Source: Yuukianura sp. NJ FZ-2021 (lineage: Eukaryota). Taken from it: a DNA stretch of 64,000 nt. The stretch is taken from contig CM102287.1 in the NCBI GenBank assembly GCA_046563655.1, positions 7,316,001 through 7,380,000 of the forward strand, in the 5' to 3' direction. This document shows positions 37,405-51,979 of this stretch, one piece after another. The notes below the pieces were generated by a model. The model searched no databases. It was not told where the DNA came from and saw only the letters and a list, made by a program, of their open reading frames with translations. Made by a program: the position numbers and the translations under genes. The first letter of the stretch is position 1. Each line of letters starts with the position of its first letter.

Positions 37405-38162
37405 ATGGTTTCCGTAAATTTTCAAATCATCCCTCTGCTTGTTATTGTGTTTGGAGTCTTCCAGTATTCCAATGGTAAGAGAAACAACAGTTTCCGCAAC
37501 ACGTATAAAATAATACAGTTTTCAGAATTTTTTTTTACAAATCGATTTGATGACTTCCAATCAACTTCCAAACCTTCATCGAAGCGATCTTCTTTAAAAC
37601 AAAAAATATCTCTCTTGAAACACTTTTGTTTTTGAACAGCCTTGAAGTGTTACGTTTGTAACAGCGTCTTCCACCGCAACTGCGATTCTCCCCCATCGAT
37701 TGACTATCTTGTAGAATGTGAAGATTCCACGGCGCAACCGACGTCCAAAGCACCGCTGACCCCGAAGTATGACCTTGAACCTCCACCAGAGTCACTACGT
37801 AACTACACGTTTTGCCGCAAAACGGTAGCTTGGATCCCACGCCAAGACAATAAAGGTACAACTTTTAGCAAACTTCAAAAATTTTTGCAATTAAAAACTG
37901 ACATCGTTTGCCAATAAAAAAAATGTTGTTTTTTTTTAATTTTGTAGTGGTTGTACGAGAAGCAGAAAAACGAACTGTGCGTTCCTGTGGTTGGCTTGAA
38001 CCGGAGAGTACAGACGTCTGTAAATGGGGATCCACTGATGGGGTACAACGTGAAATGTGTACTTGCAGGACGCCAAAGTGCAATTCAGCGTCGACGCTGA
38101 AACTAACGCTTCTTACAACCATTATCCTCCTGGTTTTCATTGTGTTCAGAATATACTGTTAG
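37405..38162 (+). CDS. Ly6/three-finger (quiver/sleepless-like) GPI-anchored protein
   Basis: Signal-peptide exon, LKCYVCNS...C...C...FCRK | RTVRSCGW...C...MCTCRTPKCN, and a hydrophobic C-terminus. Confidence 0.85.
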
Positions 38163-38958
38163 GAAGTACTAGTCTAATTTAGCAAATTAATTTGGAAACA
38201 TTACAAATTTTAAATTTACACCACACATTACAATTTATTACTAAAGACTCTGATTAGTAGAAGCTGTTACACCGGGAAAACGAAGTTTTACGTAAATAAA
38301 CACGTTAGATTATACTATTAAAAGTTAAATTGAAATAAAATGCTACAGAAATTTTGATCGTCCTGGACAGAAAACTTGGAATTCAATTAGTACTAACATG
38401 CTCTAACAACCTATACAGTGACACATCATCGGACTAGTACACAACCTAACTGAACTAATATTTACAATCTACTTTACATTTTACCTCACACTTTATGTTT
38501 TACACGCCGTAGTTTCCGGGATACTCTGCACGATATTTGACCTTTGACCTTGTTTGCTAAATACTTGGAAGCACTTTCTTTATTGTCAGGAACGATCGTG
38601 ACCTCAACCTCAAGAATCTTCTCCTTCCGTTTCCATCTGTGTTTTCTTTACTACCGTAATAATAAACTGTAACACTAGCATTTTTGGTAACTTTAGACTA
38701 GGAGCATTTACACTGCAATTTGATTGGTTCCTATAAAAAACACTAACTGTTCAATTAGAAACTAAACTTAAGATCTTTGGCTAAAGTAAACTATAGGAAT
38801 TTTAGTTGTTTTAAGTTCTAATTTTAAGTACGATCGAAGTCACAGTTCAGTTCCTCTCCTAAGGTACTTAGCTTTGTGAATAATGATTAAGTTACATTTC
38901 GCTTTTAGACTATAAGTACTAATGTCAAGGGGTACTTGACCTCACATTTTTGACCAAA

Positions 38959-41900
38959 CTATCCCTTCTGGTGCAGGGTTTGAATTACTCCGCCAACTGC
39001 CGGAAGTGTCGAAGTACCCATAAGGAATTCATCCACTTCCCGTGCCGCCTGTCTCCCTTCAGTGATTGCCCAGACTACAAGGGACTGACCCCTTCGACAA
39101 TCTCCAGCAGCAAATACCCTTGGAACTGATGTAGAGTACTTGCCAAGGGGTGTGGCAATGTTTGACCTTGGATCTTGAGCCAGCTCCAGTTCAGCTATGA
39201 TTCCTTTCTCTGGACCGAGGAATCCCATTGCAAGCAGAACCAGATCACACTTGTATACCTTCAAATCCACAAATTATTATGATTGTTAGTACTGTGATCG
39301 TTTAGTTAAAGTTTAGTTTTCAGTCAAATTTGGTTAACATTGAAATTTTAAAATTCGAAAATTTTTGTGAAATCTTTTGTTTTACCTCTTCGGATCCTGC
39401 TACTTCCTCCATTTTCCAGCGTCCACAACCATCCCGTTCCCAGAAAACTTTCACCGTGCGAATTCCAGTCACTCGGCCATTTTCTCCCAGGAATTCCTAA
39501 AAAGTTTGAAATTTTTAATTTTTAATCTACTAAAAAAAATAGTAGTTTTATGTTTATTTTGTTGACGTGGTTGTGTTAATATTGCTTTTACTTTGCTCAA
39601 TGTGTTGAATTTTCTGGGATCATGACCCGTCTTGACCTTGACTTCCTCATGCCCATAGTCAACCTTGAAGGTTCTCGGCCACTGAGGCCATGGATTATCG
39701 AAGTCTCTTGTCGCTGGTGGATCCGGCAGAATTTCAAAAGTAACAATTGACTTGGCTCCTTGTCGCAGTGAAGTCCCGATACAGTCACAACCGGTATCTC
39801 CTCCTCCAATTACTGAAAAGAAGCGATAAAGCGATTGTGTAACTGGCATTAATAGGAAGAAATTCTTTACTTTGAAACCAAATTTTTACCAATGACGTTT
39901 TTATCCTTTGCTGAAAGTGGAAGATGGTCAATGGAGTTGCCCATTTGTTTCTTTTGCCACTAAAAATTTAAAAACGATGCGAAATTTTCTTTTCAAATTC
40001 AAATCTGTTTTTGAACACTTACGGTCTCCAGAAAGTTCATTGCGAAATGGATTCCTTCGAATTCGCGACCAGGAATTGGCAAATCCCTTGGCCACGTAGC
40101 ACCGAGACTTAACAGCAAAGCGTCATTTTCGTCATGCAGTTTTTTGGCACTCAAATCCTTTCCCACATTGGCGTTACACACGAATTGAATTCCTTCTGCT
40201 TCCATTAGCTTAATGCGACGCTGGACAACGGTTTTACTCAACTTCATTGTTGGAATTCCGTATTGCAGAAGTCCCCCAGCTCTGTCGTTTCGTTCATAAA
40301 CAGTGACCTGGTGACCTGCCTTGTTCAACTGATGTGCAGCCGCTAGTTTCCAAAAAAAAAGTTCCAATTTTTGAATTTTCTTAATAAAATTTTGAATTTT
40401 ATTGAAACTGTGTTCCATTTCAGAAGCTCACCTAATCCAGCAGGTCCACCTCCAACAACTGCCACTTTCTTGCCAGTTCTGAACATCGGAAGTTCTGGAA
40501 CTATCAAGCCTTTTTCAAAAGCGTTGTCAATAATGGCACACTCGATGTTCTTGATGGTAACTGCAGGTTCGTTGATTCCTAGGACGCATGCGCCTTCACA
40601 AGGTGCTGGACACACTCGGCCAGTGAACTCTGGGAAGTTGTTAGTTTGAAGTAATTGGGCCAATGCTTCGGTCCAATTGTTTTGATGAACCAAATCGTTC
40701 CATTTTGGAATAATGTTGCCCAATGGACAGCCGTGAGACGACTGACAGAACGGAACGCCGCAGTCCATACACCGGGCGGCTTGTGATCTCAAACCTACGC
40801 AACAGAATTCAAAAAATATCATTTGAAAAAATGTTTTCGAAAAATTGCTTCAGAAAAAATCTTAAAAAGGAAAGCACCAATCTTGTAATCCCAATCATGC
40901 AGGCAATCTCCAAAAATGTAAAACAATCGCCTTTCGGGTTCGAAAAATGTTCAAATGGAGTTTTACCTTTGCGAACATTGGGAAAGTCGTAGATTTCGTC
41001 CCAGTCTTCCATTCGCTTCGATGCTGGTCTGTAAGATGACTTTTCTCGTCCATATTTCATGAACCCACGAAGTTTGTCTGGAACTGAATCTTCAATATCC
41101 TTGACCTTTGGTTCACTCTTGACTGGCTCGACTTTGGCCGCTTGCGGAATGACTCCATTCTTAGCTTTCAGGACTTTTTGATACTCAAATGGAAATACTT
41201 TGACGAAACGAGACGCTTCAGTTTCCCATTGCGACAGAAGTTGACTGGCAACAACTGAGCCAGTTTTAGTTTGAAATTCCTTTAACAAATCTTGAACGAC
41301 TTGCTTGTCAGCTTTGTCCAACATGACGAGCTCAATAGTTTCTGGATTGCATTTTCTGTTTCAAAAAATATGAAATTTAAAAAAAAGAAACAATTTTTTT
41401 TTTCGAAGTTGAGTTTGCTTGGATTTTGTTTCTACGTACGTCGGAAAAGCGGCGGTCGGATCGTACACGTAGGCAATGCCGCCGGACATTCCAGCTCCAA
41501 AGTTTCGTCCAGTAGGTCCAAGGATCAAAGCTAATCCACCCGTCATATACCTGTATTACGTATATCAGAATGTTACGTTAATTAATCTAATCTATATTTA
41601 TATTAATAAAATTATATTTATATATTATATTTATATTAATTATAAAGTATTACTCGCAACCGTGGTCACCAACGCCCTCTACAACCGCTGTAGCTCCAGA
41701 ATTCCGAACGCAGAACCGTTCTGCTGCAATTCCACGAAAGAAAGCTCTTCCGCTCGTAGCTCCGTAAAGACAAACATTCCCAACGATGACGTTATCTTCA
41801 CTTTTAAATTCGGGTGACATGTTTTTTGGCGGGTAAATTACGATTTCACCACCCGAGAGTCCTTTTCCAACGTAGTCATTTGCATCACCTTCCAAGGTGA

Positions 41901-44900
41901 CGTGGATTCCCTTGATCATGAATGCGCAGAAGCTCTGACCAGCCGATCCTTTCAAATTGATGTTAATACTGTTATGTGGGAGTCCATCATCTCCGGCCTT
42001 CCTGAAATTCAAAAATTCAGTTAATTTTTTTTAGAAAAAAACAAAACAAAAAAATTGAGATTTTCAGTTTTGAATGTTTTCGTACTTGGCAATATGATAA
42101 CTGAGAGTTGTTGCAAATGCTCTCGCTGAATTGACAATGTCCATGTCAATGTCAACTCTGGATTTCTTTCCTTCCAAAACAGGAGCAGCTTGAGCAATGA
42201 GCCCACTGTCCAGTCGTTTTTCAAATTCAAAATCTTGTTTCACACTGCCGCCCAAAATGCTCACGTCTGGACGCATTTCTTGAGCATTTTTGAGTAAGTT
42301 GTCAAACTTGATAAATTTTGCTTTCGGATTAGTCGTTTCCTTTGGTCTTAGCAATTCCGTGCGTCCAATAATATCTTGAAGCGTCTTGGCTCCAAGTTTT
42401 GCCATCCAAGAACGAACTTCTTCTGCCAACATGAAGAAGAAATTGATGACATGTTCCGGTTTTCCTTCAAATTTCTTTCTGAGTACAGGATCTTGTGTGG
42501 CAATTCCAACTGGACAAGTATTCAAGTGACACTTTCTCATCATTGTGCAACCCATGGCTATAAGTGGAGCAGTACTGAATCCAAATTCGTCTGCTCCCAG
42601 TATGGCTGCCACGATGACATCGAATCCTGTTCGGAGTTGTCCGTCAGCTTGTAAAACAATTCTTGAACGCAGGTCATTTAGAACAAGCGTCTGATGTGTT
42701 TCTGAAATTCCAAGTTCCCATGGAAGTCCAGCGGCTTTGATTCCTGTCCATGAACTGGCTCCAGTTCCACCATCGTGTCCAGAAATCACGATGTGCTCAG
42801 CTTTACCCTAAGATGTTCAACAAAATTATTCCAAGGTTAGTCGAAAACAAGTTTCAAGACAAAATTTTGAAAATTTTTTCAAAATCTTAGCAAAAGTTCT
42901 CGGAATTTTAAAGTTACCTTCGCCACTCCGGAAGCGACCACTCCAACTCCGACTTCTGAAACGAGTTTAACTGAAATCCGGGCATCAGGATTGGCTGATT
43001 TGAGATCATAGATGAGTTCGGCCAAGTCTTCGATAGAGTAAATGTCGTGATGTGGAGGTGGACTGATGAGTCCTACGCCTGGAATTGAATGTCGAGTTGC
43101 AGCAATTTCTTCACTGACTTTATGTCCAGGCAGTTCTCCACCTTCTCCAGGTTTTGCTCCTTGGGCCATCTTGATTTGCAAGTCATCAGCATTGGCCAAG
43201 TAAGAAATTGTTACTCCGAATCGTCCACTGGCAACTTGCTTAATTGCTGACCTCCGATTGTAATCTGGATCTTGATTCAAATAGCGATCTGGATTTTCAC
43301 CGCCTTCACCCGTATTACTTTTGGCGTGGATCTTGTTCATTGCAACTGCCAGGGTCTGGTGAGCTTCAATTGAAATAGACCCGAACGACATTGCTCCTGT
43401 GGCAAATCGTTTCACAATTTCTGAAGCCGGTTCAACTTCGGACAAGTCGATAGGAGTCGTCGACGGAACGATTTCGAGCAGTCCACGCAGCGTACAGGCT
43501 GAAACACTTTCCATAGCAGCGTCAACGTACTTTTCATAAGCAGTTTTACTGTTGTTCTTCACGGCTTCTTGGAGGTTGGCAATACTCACAGGATCGTTGA
43601 TATGTTTTTCGCCGCCTAATGTAATGAGTAAGTACAGTTAGTTAATTTTAATTTTAATTAAAGTTGCGTGTTAGCGCCATATGCCGTACCCGCTCTCCAA
43701 TGATATTGTCCAGGATTCCTCAGAACGAGCATGTCACACTCGCGGTCTTGATACGTAAGAGCATGACGTTCAAACGCTTCCTGGGCAATGATGCTGAAAG
43801 TGACTCCGCCCACACGCGATGCTGTGCCACGGAAACACTGTTCAATCACTTCCTCAGCAAGACCAACGGCTTCAAAGATTTGGGCGCCCTTGTAGGACTG
43901 TAGCGTCGAAATTCCCATTTTTGCCATAACTTTTGCTATGCCTCGTTCCATTGCAGCGGTGTAATTCTATAAAGTAATAACGGTTGAGGTAAACTTTAAC
44001 GACCGTCATTGTAGCCGCACAGCGTAGCCACTCCGCCATTTTTTGTGGCTACAATGGGTGGCTACACTTTGCGGCAACTTATGTTGCCACTCTAGGTTAG
44101 GTTAGGTTAGGTTAAAGTGGCTACTTAAGTTGCCGCTCAGGTGTAGCCACCCATTGTAGCCACAAAAAATGGCGGAGTGGCTACACTGTGCGGCTACAAT
44201 GACGGTCGTTAAAGTTTACCTCGACCGTAATAACAATATAAAATATGTTAATTTTTATATAATTATTATAATGTATAATATAAAAATACCTCAAAAATCT
44301 TCCGGTCGGTTAAAGATGGAGGCAGAACGCCTTCGAAGCGGAGTTGTCTTGCCGTTTCGAATACAAGGTAGGGACAGATTGCGTCAGCGCCGTATCCAAG
44401 CAGAACGCACATGTGATGCACTTCACGTGCTTCTCCAGTTTCCAAAATCAAAGCAACTTTCATCCTCTGTCGTTCTTCAATCAAGTGATGATGTGTAGCA
44501 CCTAGCGCAAGCAAAGCGCTCATCGGGACGCTGAAAATGAATTTCATATTTTATGTTACAAAGTTTTTATTATTTATATTCTATATCTTATATTATATAA
44601 ACGTACCGCTGCTCTCCTGCAGCACGATCCGAAAGAATTATCATTTGATAGTGATTTCTGGCTGCTTGACACGCTTCGTCGCAAACACGCAAGAGTCCCT
44701 TCTGGAGTCCAGTGGGACCTTCACTTCTGTCAAACGTAATGTCAATAACCTTCGTCTAAAACCAAAAAAAAATGACAAAATTACGAAACCTGACAAATTT
44801 TACATTTTCAAAATTCGATTTTTTAAAAAATCATACCCGCCATCCACGATAGCGCGTCTTGCGTAAAACGTCCAAATCCTGGAGTGATAGAATTGGATGT

Positions 44901-47900
44901 GGAAGGAAGAGGCGGTGACATTGCTCGGGACTTGGTTCCAGAATGTTGGCTTCTGGACCAATGGGACACGCCAGTGACATGACGATGGCTTCTCGGAAGG
45001 GGTCAATTGGTGGATTCGTGACCTGAGCAAACAGTTGCTTGAAGTACTCGTAAGGAAGTGGCTGAAACAGGGAGAGACAGGCCAACGGAGCGTCGTTTCC
45101 CATTGACCCGAGCGCTTCCTTACTAAAAAAAGATAAAAAGATTTCCATTTGCATTAAAGTGCCAAATCGGCTTAAATGAATTCGTAATGCAATTCTGGGA
45201 TAATTTTTAATTAAACTAATATAATTACTAATTAATTACGAATGGACTTACTTTGTGGACACCATCGGAAGCATGAGGAGATGAATGGTTTCCACAGTGT
45301 AATTGTACATCCCAAGCCGCTTGTCAGCAGTGCACCGGCTAATTTTTCCTTTGACAAGATTAAAAATATAACTGTGATTAATTTGTACATTGCAATTTGC
45401 AAAACAAAAAGAAATTAAAAGTGGAATTGCAGAATTTCTGGGTTTTTGATTGGACGAAAATTCAAATTACCATTGAGATCGTTCACGGTTCCGTTACATC
45501 CATTAGCACTCGGTATGATATTGTCTTCCACAAGTGGAGATCCAATGTGAGCTGCTCGCAGATCATCCATCGTCACCTAATAATGCGAAATTCAGAAGAA
45601 GATTTAAGAAAAGAAGTTTTTCGAAATTGAGTTCATTTGACAGAATTTAATTGTCCGTACCTGTTCTTGTAACCAGTCTCCATGCGGCCTGGATTTTGCA
45701 ATGGTCAACTTCAGTTCTTCATCCCGAATGATCAGTTTTTCCTTCGTATCAACCAGTAGCATTCTTCCAGGTTTTAATCTCCCTTTTTGGACAATGTTGC
45801 TTGGATCTGTATCGTACACTCCAACTTCCGATGCCATCACCATTATGTTGTCTTTCGTGACGCAGAATCGGGAAGGTCGAAGGCCATTTCTGAAATAGAG
45901 GAAAACAAAACGTGAGCTTTGTTACATAATAACGCCATTTTTCCTAGTAAATTATCTGTCCTTGGCGCGCGCAAGTTCAATCCGAGTTTGCTTTTTTCTT
46001 TGGAGTTGAAAAAAAATTTGCCAGCCCCAACCAATTGATTGATGATTTCTCACCTGTCAAGAATGGCTCCAATATATCTTCCATCAGTGAAAGTAAACAA
46101 CGCTGGACCATCCCATGGTCTGGAACGAAAAAAATGAGCCGCTTATGATACTGACGCTTAAAACAACATTTTCTCTATCATTTTTGATTTTACTTACTCC
46201 ATTGCACAAGCAGCCCATCGATAAAAATCCTTCTTGCCCTGTCCCATTGCCTTGTCATTTTGCCATGCTTCTGGTACCATCGTCATCACTGCCTAGAATA
46301 ACCAAACGTTTGGATTTCGTTCGTGACAAAGTTTATTATATTTGTAGTTTTGCTTAAAATTTTTTATTGCAATTTAGGAACTGACTTCCGGTAAGGATCG
46401 ACCGCCGGCTTGTACAAGAAACTCTAGCACGCAATCCGCACATCCAGAATCAGACAAGTTCGGTTCCACCACTGGATACAGTTTCTGCAAATCTTCGCCA
46501 AACAATTCGCTGGACATGACTCCTTCTCTGGCCTTCATCAAGTTTACATTTCCACGCAGAGTGTTGATTTCTCCATTGTGAGCTAGGATTCTAAAACACA
46601 AAAATTTAAGGCACGAGAGTTTTGAAAAACCGTTTTAAACATTTTGAAAACTAAAATACAATTTTTTTCCAAACCTCAAGGGATGTGCTCGTTCCCAACT
46701 GGGGAAAGTATTTGTTGAAAACCGAGTATGGACAAGGGCCAAGTACGTTTTGAATTCTGGATCCTTGAAGTCCTTGAAGTACTTCCATAGTTGTTGCGAA
46801 GTCAGTTGACCTTTGTAGACAATCGTTGATGGAGACAAAGAGCAAATGTAAAACCGAATTCCGTGCTTCTTTATGCTATGTGTCGCTCGTTTTCGTAACA
46901 CAAAGACCTAAATCCAAATTCAAACAATAATCATTACTTTTGAACAAACCAATCACATTAACTTTTCCAATTCAGAAAATTCTTCAACTTAATCCACTTT
47001 ATGCAGGCAATTGGAACCAAAAGTGAGAAAGTGAAAGTCAACTTTCACCTTCACTTTTTGTTTCGTGACGCTAAAAACAGAAAATTAAAGCTGCAAGGCC
47101 AATTTTCGAATTCTCTTGGTTTTGAAAACTTTGTTCGTGCCAAATTACAGGAAATGAGATTTTTTAAAGGTCAAAGGTCACCTGTCTGGCAAAAACGCTC
47201 CAGTCATCCTTCTTATCCGTTCCAACAAAAACTTGGCGCATCAAAGGCTCAGAGCCACGAGCAACTTGGCCAATGACAGAGTTGTCAGTTGGCACAGTCC
47301 GCCAACACAGAACCTACAAAGCCAAACAAAATGGATGTAAGCAGAAGGTAGTAAAAGTATCGATTTCCGTTTTCATTCAAGCACCGCAGACGCCCACTCT
47401 GAAACTGCTGTTCCAATTTCAGCATCCTCCTCCGCTGCATCTTCCAGCTTTCAGCCTTTGACTACCGTCAAGGACTTTCTTTCAAACGCGAAAAAAGTCA
47501 TTCGCCCTTTGACATTTTAAAGTAGCGGCGTTTCTTTTCGGATTTTGAAATTTTATCAAAGTTGTGCTGTTTTTCTCTAAAACTCATTATTTAGAAAGCT
47601 TGGTTTTATTATTTAAGAAGGCTTGGTTTTATGTTAGAAATTTACCTTTAGACCACATTCTAATGCGAGTGCATTGAACAACTTTTCATTTTCTTCGTGA
47701 TGGGTCTCATCCATATAGAAAATTCCCGTGGCGTAGTGCCCGGATTCGGGTAACTCAATCCCATGCTGATCTCTGCACAAATATGAAACAGCACACGTTT
47801 GAAATTGAATTTGAGAACTTCCAAAAACGAAAACAAATTTAGGCTAAAATGACATCGCAATTAAATTTGAGAACTTCCAAAAACAAAAGGCTAAAATGAC

Positions 47901-49624
47901 ATCGAAATTTCGAAATTGAAATTGAAAATGGCGGTACTTGAGAATTTTTGAGTAAAATGAATGCGGAATGGCTGTCACGACTCCTGCTCCGTCTCCCGTG
48001 TCATTGTCACACCCGCAGGCACCGCGATGGATCATCCGGGTAGCCAGCGTCTCTGCATCTTCCAGAATCTATCACAAAATAGCATAAATCAAAGTATTAC
48101 ATAAACATAATGCAAAAAAATAGAAGTGAGGCACAAGTTTACTCCTATTTGACAAGTGCGGCATGGGCAACTAAAGTTTATGGGTTAAGTCATGTCTTTG
48201 AGTAATGAAATGACTATGAGAATCATGTGCTTAGTACTAAAAGATAGACGCCGTGACCCGCTGACATCTGAACCAAACTGTATGTTGCAAAATAATTTAC
48301 AATGTGACTTGGCTCCCATTGCTTTATGTTAGTTTATTTTTGGCTTGATCACATTCACTTGGTTGGACAGGCAGACAGAAGACAGAATGCCACTGGATGC
48401 ACACTTTTCTTCATTACATTTCGTCTCCCCACTCAATGAAACACTTTCCGTGTTCTGCTAGCCAAAAAAATACCCGGGTTTTATAAATACCCAGCGTTTG
48501 TTTTCGTTGCAGCGTTTGTGTCCCATAAATAATAGGCACAACATAGATATCAAACGGAAACCTCAAACCTCAGTAAATGAGACTTGATAATTCACACGTT
48601 TAATGGCATTTTGAGAGCAATTAAAATTATACAGCAGTGACAAAAAAGTGATGGCAAAATTTAATTACTGTAAATATGTTTAAAGGGCTTGTGAATTCGC
48701 AAATTCGCTTCTATTATGCCAGAGTAGACGCAGAACACGAGCTGCTCCACTTTTCTGCAAATGGCAAGCTTTTCCTGGTGAGAAAACTCAGTTCCATGAT
48801 GGAACTTCCATCGTAGTGCAAAAATATATCGATCGCTTGGTTGAGACAAGCTCAAAATTTTCGCAGAGTTGCAGGTTGCAGACAAGATGAAAGTTATCGT
48901 TATACAGCATTATGTCTTTAGAAAAGACTTTCACAAAAACTGAATACGTTAAACACTGTTTCAAAAAAAATTGTTCACAAATGTCGCGAATTTTTTTTTG
49001 GTCAAATCATTTGAACCTTCAGATAACTAGAGGAAAGACGAAGGCCAATTTTGCGGGAATTTTGAATTTTGCACTAGTTTTTTCTAAACCGTAACTTCCG
49101 TTTTCCGGGTTGGTTTTATGTCCATGTGGCTTTTAATGCGAACTTGTCAATTTGCGAGAAAAAAATTGCACAAGAGTGTTATCAATATCAAATTAAGTGT
49201 AAGAACACGTTCTGAGTGTCTGTCCTAATGCTGTTACCTTACCTAAACCACTCCATACCTAAACTTCGACTCGAGTGTTAATTACATAATAAACAGATAT
49301 CGGATGCCTGGCACACTTCTACCTAGCTCAAACTGTAACGTTGACCTTTGACCTCAACTTAACCCTGGTCAAGTCCAACTAAAAACTTACCTTGTGACTG
49401 GCCACTCCTTCAATGCTCACAATGAATCCTACTCCACAAGCGTCTTTTTCGTTGTTAGGATCATATAAACCAGCGGCTGAGGGCCCTTCCCAGTGACTCC
49501 AGGGTCCCTGCACTCCAATGTCGCCATGACCTCCCTCTCTAGTCTCCTTGCAGTTGTGGTGACCTTGACAGTCGTTGGCCAAGGGCTCCTTGAGGCCTTT
49601 GGCCGTCTCCAGTGGGGACTTCAT
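38959..49624 (-). CDS. Glutamate synthase [NADH] (fused alpha/beta GOGAT)
   Basis: [127 protein letters not shown] and [18 protein letters not shown]; many spliceosomal introns. Confidence 0.97.
43981..44227. mobile_element. Foldback MITE in a glutamate synthase intron (arms about 110 bp, TTAGG-repeat loop, TAA flanks)
   Basis: 43981-44091 is the near-perfect reverse complement of 44116-44227. The centre is TAGG(TTAGG)3TT, and taataa lies on both flanks. Confidence 0.8.
47805..47910. repeat. Short imperfect tandem duplication in an intron
   Basis: ttgagaacttccaaaaac...ggctaaaatgacatcg occurs twice in tandem. Confidence 0.6.
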
Positions 49625-51979
49625 AATATTAGTACGAAGTTACTCACAAATTGTGAGTCTCACAATTGAAGCGAAAGCGTCCGCGAAAACTGACAGTGGC
49701 AGAGGCAGAAGTCAGACAAGATAAAAACTACAGAAAAAGTACGCGGCGTTCTAGTTTTTCTAAAAACTATTTTTCTCTTTTCTGGAATTGTTACTTTCAA
49801 GGGTATGCAAGATGCACTTGAACTGTTTGAAGATTTGGGAGAAATTGCACATGAGTGTTCTTATTCAAGTTTTGCAACACTGAGAAATTGCGAGGCGTTT
49901 GGTGTTGGTGCTTTGCACTCTGACAAGGAACTGAATGCTCCAGCTTTGAGCTCAACCGGGAGTGTAAAAGCTTCAACCTCTGCGTCAGCGTGGAAACAAG
50001 ACAATGGTGCTAGGGCATTAGGTCCAGGTTCTGGACAATCAATAAAACCAGAATGGAAGATTTTCAATATGGAGCAATACATGATGACTTCTGGGAACTC
50101 AGATAACAATGACCATGGATACAAATTGTAATCACTGTTAATTTACAATGGACTCAAATGGATATATCAGTACAGGGACGGAGGTCATTTCATCAATCAA
50201 ACACTGACCTTCATCAGTTCAAATCTCAAAGTTATACAAAGATTTACTCAATCAAAGTTTCTTACAAGAAGTGACAAATTCTCAATGTTATTCAAATAGT
50301 CAATTTAATTCTCAATCAAGAATCAAGTTTGTAGTTGAGCTAAAAACAAAAACTAAACAATAACTTACAATTTTGAAAAAATTCCAATCACGTTGTTTTC
50401 ACTCAAGAGCAGTCTGGGTGAGTGTTACATGAAATTATGGGATTTCTTGTCGAAATTTCAAGTGGTTACTCAAAAATTCACAAAATTGATTTAAAAATTA
50501 GTTTAAATCTAATTTACGCTATTGAAATATAGTAAGGCCAGAATTCTAATAAAATAGAATCTGCGACGACGTAATGACCTTGAATAACAAACGAAACTGA
50601 ACATGACTAAACACTAACATGAACTAAAGTGGCACAGTGCCACTTTAATTCATGTAAAGTGCTGTGGCACTTTACATGCTTTGCCATGCTTTTCGCACGT
50701 GAAATTTGTTTTGATGATTTCATATCTACAATTTTCATATGTACAATTTCGCTATAGTTTCGCTTCATGAAATAAAAACAGAAGAACCATACCATGTGTA
50801 ACTCTGGACTTTGAAACAGCGCAACTGAAAACAGAAAATGATATTTCCTAACACAGAAAGTTACACCAAATTTAAAAACTGCAAATTGATTAAAACGTTG
50901 AAAATTTATGTCTTGACTGAGTGAAATCACTTACAAATCGACAAATTGTAATTCAAGTGCGTAGAATAGCTCGTTGCGTAAGAATTAAAAAAAAAACTAT
51001 GAAAGTAAAAATACAAGTTACAGGATCAGATCATCTACGTATAACTACATTTTATGTATAACATTGACATTGACATTGATCATCCTTTCAACATCCTCCT
51101 GGTCCTGGCGTCTTCAAATAAAATAATATGCCTCGTCTCTTGATGAAATTATTTTGGAATTATTCAACTAAAAGATCGATTTTGACTAATTTTAAAATGT
51201 CACACTCGTGTAATTAAAACCTTAGGTAACTGCTATAAAAATTTCTTTTTTTAGTAAGATTCGTTTTTGCTTTCTTCGGAGCTGGGGGAAAGAAATGAGA
51301 AACGAAAGGCTTTCTAAACATAAATTTCAACAGGTCTTAAATTTTAGGAACTTCTGTTTCGATCAAGGAATTAACTCTTGTTCATTTAGTTAATTGTAAT
51401 AAATAATCATCAATGTAGTCACAATCACAATGTTAATGTTAGTATTAATATTAAAAATATATTTGAAAAAAATTACACTATCACTAGAATTGCCCTTTTA
51501 GAAGTTCACTTGATTGACTACATTGAATTGCGGAACTTCTGTCTATGAAAGAAACTGGACTTTGAGATGTTTGTTTACTTTAGGCTGACCTCTTGACCTC
51601 AACAAAAACAAGTCTAGCGGTACAAGAACCTTTCATAAACATCTCATTCAAAAATGCCTAAATGCTGACTATCTATTGTACTATCATCGTTTTGGTACTT
51701 CCAACATAATCAAAATTCTTAGAAATCTAAATTAAACTTTTCCACAACAAAAAATTCTCAACCATTGCAGTTTTCTGCATTTTGAGCCTTAAAATTGTAA
51801 CAAAAACTTTATGAAAACTTTTCACTACTGCTTTCGAAAAAAAAAGCTGTCCTAACGCTAAGTTGCCGGAGGAACATCGTTCGTATAAAGTTACTGGCAG
51901 CAAAATAACGTTTAAAAAATTCGCCAAGTTCAAAAGATTTTTCTGGTTTTGGAAAAAAAAAACATTCAATTTATCGTAG

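Noticed and set aside
38959..49624. Glutamate synthase as a possible horizontal transfer
   Set aside because: Fused NADH-GOGAT is known in arthropods and nematodes, and this gene has many ordinary spliceosomal introns.
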